Part shown: one piece after another, positions 21,906-33,672 of the stretch
Numbering within the stretch: the stretch's first letter is position 1
Layout of the letters: every line of letters begins with the position of its first letter
Assembly: GCA_965203315.1 (NCBI GenBank)
Contig: OZ241857.1
Span: 1,792,001 to 1,856,000, forward strand
DNA length: 64,000 nucleotides
Origin: Nitrosopumilus sp.
GTDB lineage: Archaea > Thermoproteota > Nitrososphaeria > Nitrososphaerales > Nitrosopumilaceae
Direction: 5' to 3'
The notes under the pieces: model-generated
Told to the model about the DNA's origin: nothing
Databases searched by the model: none
Seen by the model: the letters and a program-made list of their open reading frames with translations, nothing else
Program-made: the position numbers and the translations under genes

Positions 21906-21942
21906 ATAGAAAAATTTGAAACATGATATAAAGATGTAAACG

Positions 21943-22236
21943 TCACACACCTAGAATCTTTTTGAGCATTGCCCTATAATCTACGTCAACCTTTGAACTA
22001 CCTGCAGCAGGTAGTCCGAATACAAGTGTCGAGTTTTTCGTACGAAGCTCTGTTAGTTCATCACCTAATGCTTCGGTAATATCATCACTTACAAGAACTA
22101 GACCTACATCAGAGTCGTCAGATAACTGTTTGATCTCATCTAGTGCTTTTTGTGGGGTATCAGATATAATACCAGGAACTCCAGCTAGTTGAAAACTTGT
22201 TACAAATGACTTTGTGCCCACAGTAAAGATCTTCAC
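21943..22236 (-). CDS. atpF: A/V-type ATP synthase subunit F
   Basis: MKIFTVG...FQLAGV...DVGLVLV...KKILGV pattern. Confidence 0.85.
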   Translation of the reverse strand: MKIFTVGTKSFVTSFQLAGVPGIISDTPQKALDEIKQLSDDSDVGLVLVSDDITEALGDELTELRTKNSTLVFGLPAAGSSKVDVDYRAMLKKILGV

Positions 22237-22310
22237 ATAAACAGATGTAAAAAGTTGTAATTTAACCTTTTAGTCATTTACGAATATGGAATGGGTACAT
22301 GTTATCATTA

Positions 22311-22661
22311 TCATAAAGGACGTGCCTTGCCTACATCTACACCATCATCTTTTTGTTCAAATACTCTATATTCACCAATAACAGAATCACATTTTTTGCA
22401 TGTGTATTGACCTCGTTCGACTAGAATTAGATTATCAGCTACCTCTTCATTCCCGCTCTCTTCTAGACGTATATTTGGCGATTCTGAGAATTCGGTATCG
22501 CAGTTGTTACAATAGTATTTGAGCATATTGCCCTGCTCTAGTTTACCGATAGGAGCAAGAAACAACTTGCCAACACCAAGATCAGCCTTTTTGGCTTGAA
22601 CGTCACTAATATCTGCAACAATATATCCACCAGAACCTTGCAGTTTGGACTCGGTCATCAC
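22311..22661 (-). CDS. Zinc-ribbon protein
   Basis: YYCNNC and YTCKKC pairs. Confidence 0.75.
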   Translation of the reverse strand: MMTESKLQGSGGYIVADISDVQAKKADLGVGKLFLAPIGKLEQGNMLKYYCNNCDTEFSESPNIRLEESGNEEVADNLILVERGQYTCKKCDSVIGEYRVFEQKDDGVDVGKARPL

Positions 22662-22814
22662 ATAAAGCTCTTTAACGGTATTAAAATATCATTCTAACAG
22701 AGCCTCTGAATAGTTTGATGTATCTGGTATCGTGTGTCCAATATATATGACACAGATACTATCACAGATTATGAATCACTAAGTTATTATCCAATTGTCT
22801 TGAAAAGATAACAA

Positions 22815-23624
22815 ATGGTCAAGATCAAACAAAACTCTGATGTGTTGTTTTATTTCAACAGCTCAAAAAAATGGCTTGTACGAATTACAAAGAGAGAGTC
22901 ACTCCACACGCATATTGGTGTAATACCACATGCAGATGCGATAGGTAAAGAGTACGGATCCAGACTAGTTACCAACAAAGACAAGTATGTGTATCTACTC
23001 AAACCAACCATGTACGATTATACGATGAAGATTCAACATGGAACACAGATAGTCTATCCCAAAGATATTGGATATATTATTGCCCGTGCAGGAATTCAGA
23101 GTGGTCAAAAGATATTAGAGATTGGGACTGGCAGTGGCTCACTGACATCGTTCGTTGCGGGAGTTGTACGACCACGAGGTCATGTGTATACGTTTGATGT
23201 AGATGAAAAATTTATCCAGATTGCAGAAAAGAATATCGCACGAGCTGGTGTCTCAAAGTATGTAACTCTACACAACAAAGATATCAAGAAAATTAAAGAG
23301 ATGCCTCTGCAAGATATGGATGTTGCGCTAATTGATTTAGGTGATCCGTGGACAATAATTCCAAAAGTTCGTGCAATGCTACAAGGTAGTGGTTCACTCT
23401 TTGCAGTATGTCCCACAATGAACCAACTTGAACGACTCACTACAGCTCTAGTTGAAAATGAGTTTACCGACATTGAATCGACTGAACACATTATACGAAA
23501 TATTGAAGCACGTGAGGGCAAGACTAGACACTCTTTTCAAGGAATAGGTCATACAACATACTTGTGTTTCGCAAGAAAGGCGTTCTTTGATCTCAAACCA
23601 AGACGCAGATCTGCATCTCCTTAA
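22815..23624 (+). CDS. trmI: tRNA (adenine57/58-N1)-methyltransferase
   Basis: TQIVYPKD, LEIGTGSGSLT, IDLGDPW, GHTTYL motifs. Confidence 0.93.
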   Translation: MVKIKQNSDVLFYFNSSKKWLVRITKRESLHTHIGVIPHADAIGKEYGSRLVTNKDKYVYLLKPTMYDYTMKIQHGTQIVYPKDIGYIIARAGIQSGQKILEIGTGSGSLTSFVAGVVRPRGHVYTFDVDEKFIQIAEKNIARAGVSKYVTLHNKDIKKIKEMPLQDMDVALIDLGDPWTIIPKVRAMLQGSGSLFAVCPTMNQLERLTTALVENEFTDIESTEHIIRNIEAREGKTRHSFQGIGHTTYLCFARKAFFDLKPRRRSASP

Positions 23625-23821
23625 TTTATTACAATGTTAATTTTTCATTTGAATTTCTTTATTATTATAAAATCATGTATAGTACTGATTTTGATCTCCA
23701 TTTGATACAACATAATACCATTTACGCAAATTGTTTCTTTACCACATAGATTTATTGAAAAATATTTTGTATTACAATACCAGATAGAAATCTGCATAAT
23801 CCATATTTGTTGGGTTAGTGT

Positions 23822-24774
23822 TTAGTATTTGGGCTCAAACAATCTATTTCTGTTATAGTCAACAACACACATCTCAAACAATAATCTATACTTATCTTCA
23901 TGGTATTGATGTTTTAGATCGTTCATACATCCAACAAGTTCTTTATTCCTGTATAACACATTATCAAAGTAGAGTCTACTAGGCAACATGTTTATTTTTT
24001 GCTTATTACATCGTTGACAGACTAGTACGCAATTGTATGGCACCGTAGAAAATATATAATTATAAGGTATTACATGATCGACAAACGGCTTGGAAAATTT
24101 TTCTAAACAATAGAAACATTTAGAGTCTTGCGCTTTTTTAAATCGTACTTGTATATCCTTCTTCAACATTTTTGGTGGACTAGTTAGAGTATTAACTTTG
24201 GTTGCAATTTGTGGAGTCAGCTTATTTAGTCTTTCTAAATACGTAGCAATTTTATTATTTAAGCCTTGCTTTAACATAGTTTTGTACTTGTGTAAAAAAT
24301 TGATAAACGATTCATCAAAATATATTGTATTTGAATTATGTTTTTGAAAGAGATTGATCATATCTGTTTTTATATGAAACAACACTTCAGGTTTTATACT
24401 TTTTGTTATTACCTCTTTTCTGAAATCTTGCATATGATCTTCTGCAAGTTCTTGTATGGTTGGGGGTTTTTATGAAGATTATGATACATGTGGATAATCT
24501 TTACAATTCTAGCATCGTGTGGATCTTGGGCTTGTTTTAAATGAAATCCATATTCCATATCCCAATAGAATTTTGCAAATCTAACTGCAATAAAATTTAG
24601 ATCAACATAGAGATTACCATTATTTTGTTCAAGCCATCTTTGACCTACCAAATATTTTTTATCAACAAGATCTCCAATATCTAACAGTGATCTTAAAAAT
24701 ACTGGTTTGTAGGTACTAGCCATGTATCCTTTATCGAACATTTGATCAAACATTGCAAGATAGTTGACTGTCAT
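23822..24774 (-). pseudogene. HNH endonuclease split by a 1-bp frameshift
   Basis: 5' part ASTYKPVFLRSLLD...FAKFYW; 3' part CFYC..DHVIP..NCVLVCQRCNKQK; frames join at A5C5 run (24462-24471). Confidence 0.8.
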
Positions 24775-25007
24775 ATCAAAAGTTGATTCTTCGATATAAA
24801 TATAACTTGCTAAGAGTCTTTCCAAAAAAGATCTTTTAATACAACATTTTGATTGTGTAATGTTTAGTAGTTTTTTATTTGAAAATAACACATGATGAGT
24901 GAGACTGTTTGTTTGAGGTTGACTTGTCAAACATTGCATATGCTGATCAATTTACATATCACAAGATCTTAGCAATCAATATAAGACAAATATAACATAC
25001 ATTGTAT

Positions 25008-25724
25008 ATGACAAAATTTACTCAAGATCAAGTTGAACATCTAAACAACATAATAACAACAGCAGAATCTGCACTAAGATGGGCATCAGATAATCTACAT
25101 CCAAGAGTTGCAAAGGCATCAAGTTTTGGAGCTGAAGATGCAGTTCTCATGCACATGATGATAGAGATCAATCCCAAATTTCGATTCTTTACACTAGATA
25201 CTGGAAGACTCCCTCAAGAGACGTATGATATTATCGACATATGTAGAAAGAGGTACAACATAGAGATCGAAGTACTCTTTCCAGATGCAAGAGAAGTTGA
25301 GACGATGGTCAGAGAGCATGGCATGAATCTCTTTTACAAAAGTGTTGAGAATCGAAAGATGTGCTGTGAGATACGAAAGGTTCACCCCATGAACAATATG
25401 CTGTCCAATCTTGATGGATGGATTACTGGCTTGAGACGAGATCAGACAGATATTCGAAAGGATGCGACCATATTTCAACTAGACAAAGCACACAACATGA
25501 TACTAAAGATCAACCCGATCATCAATTGGACATGGGAAGAGATTCAGAGATACATCAAACAGTATGATCTACCATACAACTCACTACTTGACAAAGGATA
25601 CCCAAGTATTGGCTGTGAGCCATGTACACGCGCGATCAAGCCAGGTGAGGATTTAAGGGCAGGTCGTTGGTGGTGGGAACAAGATCAACATAAAGAGTGT
25701 GGACTTCATATAGAGTCAAGATGA
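25008..25724 (+). CDS. cysH: APS/PAPS reductase
   Basis: [30 protein letters not shown]. Confidence 0.95.
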   Translation: MTKFTQDQVEHLNNIITTAESALRWASDNLHPRVAKASSFGAEDAVLMHMMIEINPKFRFFTLDTGRLPQETYDIIDICRKRYNIEIEVLFPDAREVETMVREHGMNLFYKSVENRKMCCEIRKVHPMNNMLSNLDGWITGLRRDQTDIRKDATIFQLDKAHNMILKINPIINWTWEEIQRYIKQYDLPYNSLLDKGYPSIGCEPCTRAIKPGEDLRAGRWWWEQDQHKECGLHIESR

Positions 25725-25734
25725 GAGGTACAAC

Positions 25735-26862
25735 ATGATTAAACCACATGGCGGTAAATTGGTAAATCGATACTTTAAAGGAGATACAGGCGATATCTCG
25801 GCGTTTACGATATCGTACGATCTAGCGAACGATGTTGAGAATATCGCAGACGGCATATTCAGTCCGTTAGATGGTTTTTTAGGACGCGATGACTTTGAAT
25901 CAGTTATATCAAGTGGCAGACTCTACAATGACTTAGCATGGACCATTCCAATAGTCTTAGATGTTGATGCTCAAACTGCTACTCAAATGCACGATGCCAA
26001 GACAGTTCTACTACAGACACCAGATAGCAGAGACATTGCCATACTCGATGTAAAAGAGCATTATACATTTGACAAGACAGAGATGTCCAAAGGAGTATAC
26101 GGAACAACAGACCCCACACATCCAGGAGTTGCAAAGACACTATCGATGAAAGATGTTCTAGTAGGAGGTACAATTGAGCTGGTAAACAGACCAACAGAGA
26201 CTACAGTTCGTGCAAATAGAATGACAGCTACTCAAACACGTCAAGCATTCACAGATGCCAAATGGAAGACCATATGTGCATTTCAGACTAGAAATCCACC
26301 ACATGTTGCCCACGAGATGCTACAAAAGACATCCATTACAACTCGTGATGGTGTCTTTGTAAATCCGATCATAGGCAAGAAGAAGTCAGGTGACTTTGTA
26401 GACGATGTAATTGTACAATGTTACAAGACCATGATCGAACTGTACTATCCAAATAATCGTTGTATACTTGGAACGTTGCATACAGAGATGAAGTATGCTG
26501 GACCTAAAGAGGCCATTCATCACGCAATAATGAGACAGAATTATGGATGTACGCACATCATCATAGGACGTGATCATGCTGGAGTAGGTAACTTTTATGA
26601 ACCGTTTGCAGCACAAGAGATCTTTAAAGATTATCCAGAGATAGAGATAGCACCAGTATTCTTTCCTGCATTCTTTTATTGTAATTCATGTATCACATAT
26701 ACAAACCCAAAAGCATGCCCGCACGATGACACAGTAAAGGAACAGATCAGTGGAACAAAACTACGCGCCATGATCCAAGAAGGTAAAGCGCCATCAAAGT
26801 TCATTCTTCGTCCCGAGGTGGCAAAGATAATTCTAGAACATCCAAAACCATTTGTGGAGTAG
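25735..26862 (+). CDS. sat: Sulfate adenylyltransferase
   Basis: [39 protein letters not shown]. Confidence 0.96.
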   Translation: MIKPHGGKLVNRYFKGDTGDISAFTISYDLANDVENIADGIFSPLDGFLGRDDFESVISSGRLYNDLAWTIPIVLDVDAQTATQMHDAKTVLLQTPDSRDIAILDVKEHYTFDKTEMSKGVYGTTDPTHPGVAKTLSMKDVLVGGTIELVNRPTETTVRANRMTATQTRQAFTDAKWKTICAFQTRNPPHVAHEMLQKTSITTRDGVFVNPIIGKKKSGDFVDDVIVQCYKTMIELYYPNNRCILGTLHTEMKYAGPKEAIHHAIMRQNYGCTHIIIGRDHAGVGNFYEPFAAQEIFKDYPEIEIAPVFFPAFFYCNSCITYTNPKACPHDDTVKEQISGTKLRAMIQEGKAPSKFILRPEVAKIILEHPKPFVE

Positions 26863-26963
26863 ATATGTCTTTGCGTGGTACATGGTATAGATTACATAAC
26901 AGGTTACACAACAAGTTTCAACATAATTTACAGCATAATTTACAATGCGATTTACATTCATCA

Positions 26964-27638
26964 ATGTACTGTGGCATAATAATCGCGTTAGCCATACTGG
27001 CTGTACCTGATATAGCAACGTCAGTATTTGCACAAGATATGAAGAACCCATCACTAATAATTGACACGATTGAGATTCAAGCAGTAGAGTTTAACAACAT
27101 TGTAAGAACAGCAGAGATCATCAAACTAGATGATATCCATGCAGTAAGTTGGCAAGTCACCATAGACAATAATCTAATGTATGCAAATCCAAATGGAAAC
27201 GCAGTCTTGCGCATATATGATGTTGCGACACATGACGAATTTATTGAAGTCGGAATGGGTGCCCAACCCGATCACAAGTTTTGGGTTGCAGTTCAGACTC
27301 CAGAAGAAGGATATGTGGTGATCTGGCGTGATCTAGAACGCGGTTGGAGTCCACAGAGTAAGACCATCGTGTCATATACAGATCGAGCTGGACTTACCGT
27401 AAACAATGGTGCTCGAATAGTAGTGACAAATCTAGATATCGGCGTATTTGGAATAGATGCCTATTCAACATACGGCATGGAAGGATCAACCGATCCCCCT
27501 GCAGTCAACTCGGGCGTAATGATAGTCGAGTTTCTCTCTGGTGATCCATCAGAGAATGTTTTTGCACTATTTCCATTTTATGTAGCAGCTGGTATTGGAG
27601 TAATAGTCGGAGTATTATTCATAACAAAGCGACGCTGA
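26964..27638 (+). CDS. Membrane-anchored exported protein (ORF extends to 26865)
   Basis: Signal-like CGIIIALAILAVPDIATSVFAQ; C-terminal TM followed by KRR. Confidence 0.75.
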   Translation: MYCGIIIALAILAVPDIATSVFAQDMKNPSLIIDTIEIQAVEFNNIVRTAEIIKLDDIHAVSWQVTIDNNLMYANPNGNAVLRIYDVATHDEFIEVGMGAQPDHKFWVAVQTPEEGYVVIWRDLERGWSPQSKTIVSYTDRAGLTVNNGARIVVTNLDIGVFGIDAYSTYGMEGSTDPPAVNSGVMIVEFLSGDPSENVFALFPFYVAAGIGVIVGVLFITKRR

Positions 27639-27752
27639 AAAGTATGCTCAAGTCCATCAAGCATTCAATTAGATCACAAGAGTTGATTTGCGTGTGGGGT
27701 ATTCGCGTGGCCTATAATTTAGTCCACTTGCCAGTTATGAGACTAGTCACTT

Positions 27753-27869
27753 GGATCTCTTCGATTTATGTGAGATGATATTTCACAAGGCTTTTTTCCA
27801 ATCTTCGGTTAGAGAATCTTGTAGTGCTTCCGTCATAACCATTCTACCTCACGCAAACCGAAGAGATCC
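27753..27869. mobile_element. MITE family B, copy 2 (117 bp)
   Basis: TIRs ggatctcttcgattt / aaaccgaagagatcc; colinear with reverse complement of 28586-28663. Confidence 0.75.
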
Positions 27870-27909
27870 TCACGGAATATTACAACCATTGCAAATATAT
27901 CGAATATTT

Positions 27910-28524
27910 TCAAAGATCTAATCTGAGTAAACCTCGTTTACCAGCCTCTTTCATCGCTAGGTGTATTGGCATGTCAAGAAATCCTGCAAATCTTGCAAGA
28001 CTCAACTTTTCTTTTGCAAGTAAAGAGAATAAATGCTCCTTAATATCTGGTTTTATTTTTTCATATGTTGCAGAACCTTTTCGCATATCAGGATACAGAC
28101 AGTACATGAAAGATAGCATCTCTGGAACTGTGATATCGTTTATGCCACTCTTGTGCTCAATAAACACATCTGGCATTGTTATGTTAAACATACCAGGAAA
28201 CTTTAGAATCTTGTCTTTTTTATCTACGATCTCTTTGGCGTATGCCACGCTCTTTTCAGTCAATTGTATGGCGTCATCACTCTCAGCTAGCATGCCAGTC
28301 TGTACAAGATGATCTAGAGAATCATCCAATACTGTACTGTATGGACCATTATCGTTTATTGTAAAGTTACACATCTCTCTAATCTCTTCGTATGGATCTC
28401 CCAACATGTACATCAAGACTTGGAGTTTCTGTCTACCTTGTATAGGCTGAGCGTCTACATTTACCAATAAGAGAATATACTCTTCAATCTCGTCGAGTTC
28501 CAATATCCTGTTCTCAGTTGCCAT
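27910..28524 (-). CDS. Winged-helix (YwgA/SocA-like) plus UPF0175-like putative antitoxin
   Basis: I.GR.KLQ.LMY...F.....GPYS..L...L..L...G motif; C-terminal KLSLARFAGFLDMP. Confidence 0.6.
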   Translation of the reverse strand: MATENRILELDEIEEYILLLVNVDAQPIQGRQKLQVLMYMLGDPYEEIREMCNFTINDNGPYSTVLDDSLDHLVQTGMLAESDDAIQLTEKSVAYAKEIVDKKDKILKFPGMFNITMPDVFIEHKSGINDITVPEMLSFMYCLYPDMRKGSATYEKIKPDIKEHLFSLLAKEKLSLARFAGFLDMPIHLAMKEAGKRGLLRLDL

Positions 28525-28585
28525 ACTGTTTCATTCTCATAACGAGATAAAAATACTCGGAAATTGTAGTCACGGCAACAACACC

Positions 28586-28663
28586 GGATCTCTTTGGTTT
28601 ACGTGTAGAATGGTCACAGAAAAAGCCTTGTAAAATGTCACCCCACACAAATCAAAGAGATCC
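28586..28663. mobile_element. MITE family B, copy 3 (78 bp)
   Basis: TIRs ggatctctttggttt / aaatcaaagagatcc. Confidence 0.75.
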
Positions 28664-28779
28664 TTATCAAGACATAGACGAATACGAGTACAATAAGTCA
28701 GCAACTAGTTTTTCATACTAGATATCTAATACAAACATGTGTTGTGGTTTTTCAAGATATGATTGTATCAAACAAGTCA

Positions 28780-29055
28780 TCAATACAAGACGTCAAATTT
28801 GGAAAACTTGTTAGTAAATATCATGTCTTGGATATCGATATTTGTAACTCTCGAGTTTGCAGGACCAACACGTGCCCAATCTATCACTGCTGCAACATCT
28901 TTGGTTTTACCTTCCAAAACAGCCTCTACACGACCGTCATCAAGATTTTTGACCCAGCCGTAAACATTGTTCTTCTTTGCAGTAACCTTTAGTGTTTGTC
29001 TAAAGAACACTCCTTGTACTTTACCAGTAACAAGTATCCGCTTACACACAGACAT
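28780..29055 (-). CDS. acyP: Acylphosphatase
   Basis: GKVQGVFFR, GWVKNLDDGRVE. Confidence 0.95.
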   Translation of the reverse strand: MSVCKRILVTGKVQGVFFRQTLKVTAKKNNVYGWVKNLDDGRVEAVLEGKTKDVAAVIDWARVGPANSRVTNIDIQDMIFTNKFSKFDVLY

Positions 29056-29099
29056 TAAATCCAGACATGCGCAAACCTTAATCAGTCTTCGGTTGTAGA

Positions 29100-29834
29100 T
29101 TACCTTCGCTCTTTAATTCTAGCTCGGCCTGTCTTTCTAGCAGCGATACTTCCCACCTTTGCACCAGGCGGAGCATCTCGAGACACAGTAGAGCTCTGTC
29201 CCACATGTTGGTGACGACCACCACCGTGTGGGTGAACAAATGCTGCTTGTGCAACACCTCGAACGATCGGATACTTTTTACCTTTTGAACGAAATCTGCG
29301 CCACTTGCCACCTGCGCTCATGTATGGTCGTTCTCCTACACCACCACCCGCAAGAGTTCCGATCATTGCACGGTTCTTTGGATTTAATGTAGCAAATCGA
29401 CCCGAAGGAAGTTTTACTGTAACGCCATCATCACCATGTGAGAATATCGTTGCATTGGTGCCTGCTGACTTTACGATAGCACCACCGTCTCCAAAGTGTC
29501 TCTCTATATTACATACGACTGTACCGTCAGGAATATTTTGAATACTGATCACGTTTCCTTTCTCAAGTTTTGATTTTAAACCAAATTGTAATTTAGAGCC
29601 AACTCGAGTTCCCAGTACAGATGGAACATACGATATAGAACCATTAGGAAACTGTATCTTTGCCAGAGGAACATCTCGTCCACGTTCATGGACTAGATCT
29701 ATTACCGTACCATCATGCTGTTCAGATAATGCAAAACGCGGATAGATCGCTCTAGTACCGATCTTGCCAGTAGATGTAGATCTGAACTGATTGCCTCCAC
29801 GGCCACGTCTTCTAACTAGCGGTCTCTTACCCAA
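29100..29834 (-). CDS. rpl2: 50S ribosomal protein L2
   Basis: (M)GKRPLVRRRGRG, VRGVA..HPHGGG..QH, KVGSIAARKTG. Confidence 0.97.
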   Translation of the reverse strand: MGKRPLVRRRGRGGNQFRSTSTGKIGTRAIYPRFALSEQHDGTVIDLVHERGRDVPLAKIQFPNGSISYVPSVLGTRVGSKLQFGLKSKLEKGNVISIQNIPDGTVVCNIERHFGDGGAIVKSAGTNATIFSHGDDGVTVKLPSGRFATLNPKNRAMIGTLAGGGVGERPYMSAGGKWRRFRSKGKKYPIVRGVAQAAFVHPHGGGRHQHVGQSSTVSRDAPPGAKVGSIAARKTGRARIKERR

Positions 29835-30096
29835 GTTAATCGCCTTCAGCATATATTGAATTTTAAGTTTGTTATATTCGCTTGTATCTGATGTGTAGTG
29901 TCAACAGATACAACTCTACATCAACACACCTGTAATCATTGACTAGAATAGACTAGTCGGAGGTTATTGAGATATAGATCAATGAACAACTGAAATATCT
30001 AGACCAACACCATACCACACACTAAGTCGCATAGATCGATATCATGGAGCATATTGCTACAAAGATATAAAAAATAGGCAAGTTGCTTCGATGTAT

Positions 30097-32283
30097 ATGA
30101 GTCATAAACCTCTCTCACTAAAGGTACTAGAAGCATATACAAGAGATGTTGGAAGAGGAGTAGCACGAATAGACTATGATTCGATGGATGCGCTAGGAGC
30201 ATCTACAGGTGATGTTATAGAGATAAAAGGTAAACGACGAACTGTTGCAAAGTGTCTTCCACTGTATCCATCAGATGAAGGTAAAGGGATTATCAGAATC
30301 GATGGTTTGGGAAGAAACAACTCGGGTATTGCAATAGGAGATACAATATTGGTCAGAAAGATCAAAGCTGTCTCGGCAGAAAAGATCGTTGTTGCACCAT
30401 TAGAAGCGATTCCTCCAATCGATGAACGATACTTGGCAGATGCTCTAGATAGTGTTCCTTTGATCAAAGGAGATAATGTAATGGTTCCATACTTTGGTGG
30501 ACGTTTAACGTTTCAAGTTATAGGAGTCTCTCCAAACGCTGATGCCGTTCTAGTGATACAAAAGACGGTATTCCACATAGCAGAAAAGGGCGAGACTTTA
30601 CGAGGTGTTCCTCAAGTTACATATGAGGATATTGGAGGATTAACAGATGAGATAAAAAAGGTCAGAGAGATGATCGAGTTGCCATTACGACATCCAGAGA
30701 TATTTGAGAAACTAGGAATCGAGGCGCCAAAAGGAGTCTTGTTGTATGGTCCGCCAGGTACAGGTAAGACCTTGCTCGCAAAAGCAGTGGCAAATGAGAG
30801 TAATGCACATTTTATCAGTATATCAGGTCCTGAGATAATGAGCAAATTTTATGGTGAGAGTGAAGCTAGACTACGTGAGATATTCAAAGAAGCACGAGAG
30901 AAAGCCCCGTCCATAATATTCGTGGACGAGATCGACTCGATTGCTCCAAAACGTGAAGAGGTGACCGGTGAGGTTGAACGTCGTGTTGTATCTCAAATGT
31001 TATCGCTGATGGACGGTCTAGAAGCAAGAGGTAAGGTAATAGTAATATCAGCAACGAATAGACCAAATGCCATAGACCCAGCTCTACGTAGACCAGGTAG
31101 ATTTGATCGTGAGATCGAGATCAAAGTTCCAGACAAAAAAGGGAGAAAAGACATACTAGCGATTCACAGTAGAAATATGCCACTATCCGATGACGTCAAT
31201 GTAGACAAGATATCAGGAGTGAGTCATGGGTATGTTGGTGCAGATCTAGAGTACCTGTGTAAAGAGGCTGCAATGAAGTGTCTCAGAAGACTATTACCTA
31301 TTCTAAACCTAGAAGAAGAAAAGATTCCACCAGAGACTCTGGACAAGTTGATCGTAAATCACGAAGACTTTACTAAAGCACTCATCGAGGTAACTCCCTC
31401 CGGGATGAGAGAGGTCTTTATAGAGAATCCAGATGTAAAGTGGGAAGAGGTTGGCGGACTAGAGGACGTCAAAAGAGAACTGCAAGAAGCAGTAGAGTGG
31501 CCAATGAAGTATCCAGGACTATACGACAAACTAGGACACAACATGCCACGTGGCATATTATTACACGGTCCAAGTGGAACCGGCAAGACGTTGCTTGCAA
31601 AGGCAGTAGCTACACAGAGCGAGGCAAACTTTGTATCGGTACGAGGACCAGAACTACTCTCAAAGTGGGTCGGCGAGTCAGAGCGCGGAATACGCGAGAT
31701 ATTCAAAAGAGCAAGACAGTCTGCACCATGTGTAGTATTCTTTGACGAGATAGACTCTATTGCACCCATAAGAGGTGCAGGAGGAGAGACCGCTGTAGCT
31801 GAACGAGTTGTGAGTCAGTTATTGACAGAACTAGACGGTATGGAGAACATGCACGGCGTAGTCGTACTAGCCGCCACAAATAGGGCAGATATGATAGATC
31901 CAGCTCTACTAAGACCTGGTCGATTCGACAAGATAATTCAGATCCCACTACCAGACAAGGCTAGTAGAAAGAGCATACTAGAGATCAATGCAAAACGAAT
32001 TCCCGCAATTACAGAGAGAGATGATCCACAGCGTGTCGACTTTGATAAATTAGCCGAGATCACAGACGGTCTTAGTGGTGCAGATACCGCATCCATTGCA
32101 AATACAGCTGTATCACTCATCATACACGAATTTTTAGATACACATCCAGACGTCAAAGATGTAGAAAAGAAGAGTATCGATGCCAAGGTTGCAATGAAAC
32201 ACTTTGAAGAAGCAATAAAGAAGGTAAGAGAACAAAAAGATCTAAAGATAGGCGAAAAACTAGTAGCATCATATTATAGATAG
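30097..32283 (+). CDS. cdc48: CDC48/VCP AAA+ ATPase
   Basis: Two AAA modules ([16 protein letters not shown]), [11 protein letters not shown]. Confidence 0.97.
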   Translation: MSHKPLSLKVLEAYTRDVGRGVARIDYDSMDALGASTGDVIEIKGKRRTVAKCLPLYPSDEGKGIIRIDGLGRNNSGIAIGDTILVRKIKAVSAEKIVVAPLEAIPPIDERYLADALDSVPLIKGDNVMVPYFGGRLTFQVIGVSPNADAVLVIQKTVFHIAEKGETLRGVPQVTYEDIGGLTDEIKKVREMIELPLRHPEIFEKLGIEAPKGVLLYGPPGTGKTLLAKAVANESNAHFISISGPEIMSKFYGESEARLREIFKEAREKAPSIIFVDEIDSIAPKREEVTGEVERRVVSQMLSLMDGLEARGKVIVISATNRPNAIDPALRRPGRFDREIEIKVPDKKGRKDILAIHSRNMPLSDDVNVDKISGVSHGYVGADLEYLCKEAAMKCLRRLLPILNLEEEKIPPETLDKLIVNHEDFTKALIEVTPSGMREVFIENPDVKWEEVGGLEDVKRELQEAVEWPMKYPGLYDKLGHNMPRGILLHGPSGTGKTLLAKAVATQSEANFVSVRGPELLSKWVGESERGIREIFKRARQSAPCVVFFDEIDSIAPIRGAGGETAVAERVVSQLLTELDGMENMHGVVVLAATNRADMIDPALLRPGRFDKIIQIPLPDKASRKSILEINAKRIPAITERDDPQRVDFDKLAEITDGLSGADTASIANTAVSLIIHEFLDTHPDVKDVEKKSIDAKVAMKHFEEAIKKVREQKDLKIGEKLVASYYR

Positions 32284-32382
32284 AATCTACAAACTAGATT
32301 CAAACACGTTGATTTTGAACAAATGTTCAGTCTGGATAATACAAGAACAGTTTTAATAAAATATCAATCGTATCTTGTACAC

Positions 32383-33672
32383 ATGTCACAGAGTTACAAG
32401 GGACGAGCGTCAGAGTTTCTAGCAGATAACAACATATCGATTGGAGACACTGTCAAGATTGTCTCAGATATCACATATTATGGAATAGTGATGCCCAGAT
32501 ATGAAAAAGGAGATGAATGTCATCTGGTTTTAAAATTAAAGAGTGGATACAACGTTGGCATAGACATATCAGAGCTGCAAAACGTTACCAAGGTCGTATC
32601 AGATGCTAGAACAGTCGATACTACAAAAGATAGTATAAACAAGACAAAAGATACAAAGGTATTACCAAAGATTCTGTTGTTGTCGACTGGGGGAACAATT
32701 GCAAGCAAGATCGACTATCGTACAGGCGCAGTAACGCCACTACTAACAGCTCAGCAACTAAACTCTTCTGTCCCCGAGTTGACAGAGATGGCAGATATCC
32801 ACACAGAGAGTGTACTAGCTAAATACTCTGAAAATATGACGACACGTGATTGGATAGAGATTGCGACAGAGATAAACAGTTATGCAGAGTCTGACTATGA
32901 TGGAGTCATAGTAACACATGGAACAGATACCATGCATTATACATCAGCATTTCTCTCATTTGCTCTAGCAGGATTTCCAATCCCAATAGTTCTAGTCGGA
33001 TCACAACGATCATCGGATCGTGCATCGTCTGATGCAGCACTAAATCTGATAGGAGCTGTTAGGTTTATTGTAAAGTCACACGTACAAGGCGTCTATATCG
33101 CAATGCATCAAGACGAGAATGACAACAACATAGCATGTCATATAGGGACACGAGTTAGAAAGAGTCATACTAGCAGACGGGGAGCTTTTCAAACTATAGG
33201 TGATGAACCTGCATTTGTTGTAACAGATGATACCATACAAAAAAACATGACAACTGACTTTTACTCAACATCGTTCAAGCCAGAGATCTGTATAGATGAC
33301 AGGGTTGCACTAGTAAAGTATCATCCTGGTTATGATCCCAAGATCATCGACAGTCTAGTAGATATCGGATATCGTGGAGTAATATTCGAAGGCACAGGAT
33401 TGGGCCATGTAGGCGATACACTATATGATTCTATAAGGCGAGCAAGAGAGAGAGGTGTGTTTTTTGGCATGACATCACAGTGTATCGATGGACGTACATG
33501 TATGACAGTATATGAGAGTGGTCGAGATCTGTTAGACCTAGGCATAGTACCGCTAGCCAACATGATTCCAGAGGTTGCACTAGTAAAGGCAATGTGGGCC
33601 ATGGGATATCATGATAATAATGATATCAGAGATATCATGTTGAGAGAGATTGCGTCGGAGATGAGACATTGA
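32383..33672 (+). CDS. gatD: Glu-tRNA(Gln) amidotransferase subunit D
   Basis: KLKSGYNVG, STGGTIASKIDY, HGTDT, GSQRSSDR. Confidence 0.96.
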   Translation: MSQSYKGRASEFLADNNISIGDTVKIVSDITYYGIVMPRYEKGDECHLVLKLKSGYNVGIDISELQNVTKVVSDARTVDTTKDSINKTKDTKVLPKILLLSTGGTIASKIDYRTGAVTPLLTAQQLNSSVPELTEMADIHTESVLAKYSENMTTRDWIEIATEINSYAESDYDGVIVTHGTDTMHYTSAFLSFALAGFPIPIVLVGSQRSSDRASSDAALNLIGAVRFIVKSHVQGVYIAMHQDENDNNIACHIGTRVRKSHTSRRGAFQTIGDEPAFVVTDDTIQKNMTTDFYSTSFKPEICIDDRVALVKYHPGYDPKIIDSLVDIGYRGVIFEGTGLGHVGDTLYDSIRRARERGVFFGMTSQCIDGRTCMTVYESGRDLLDLGIVPLANMIPEVALVKAMWAMGYHDNNDIRDIMLREIASEMRH

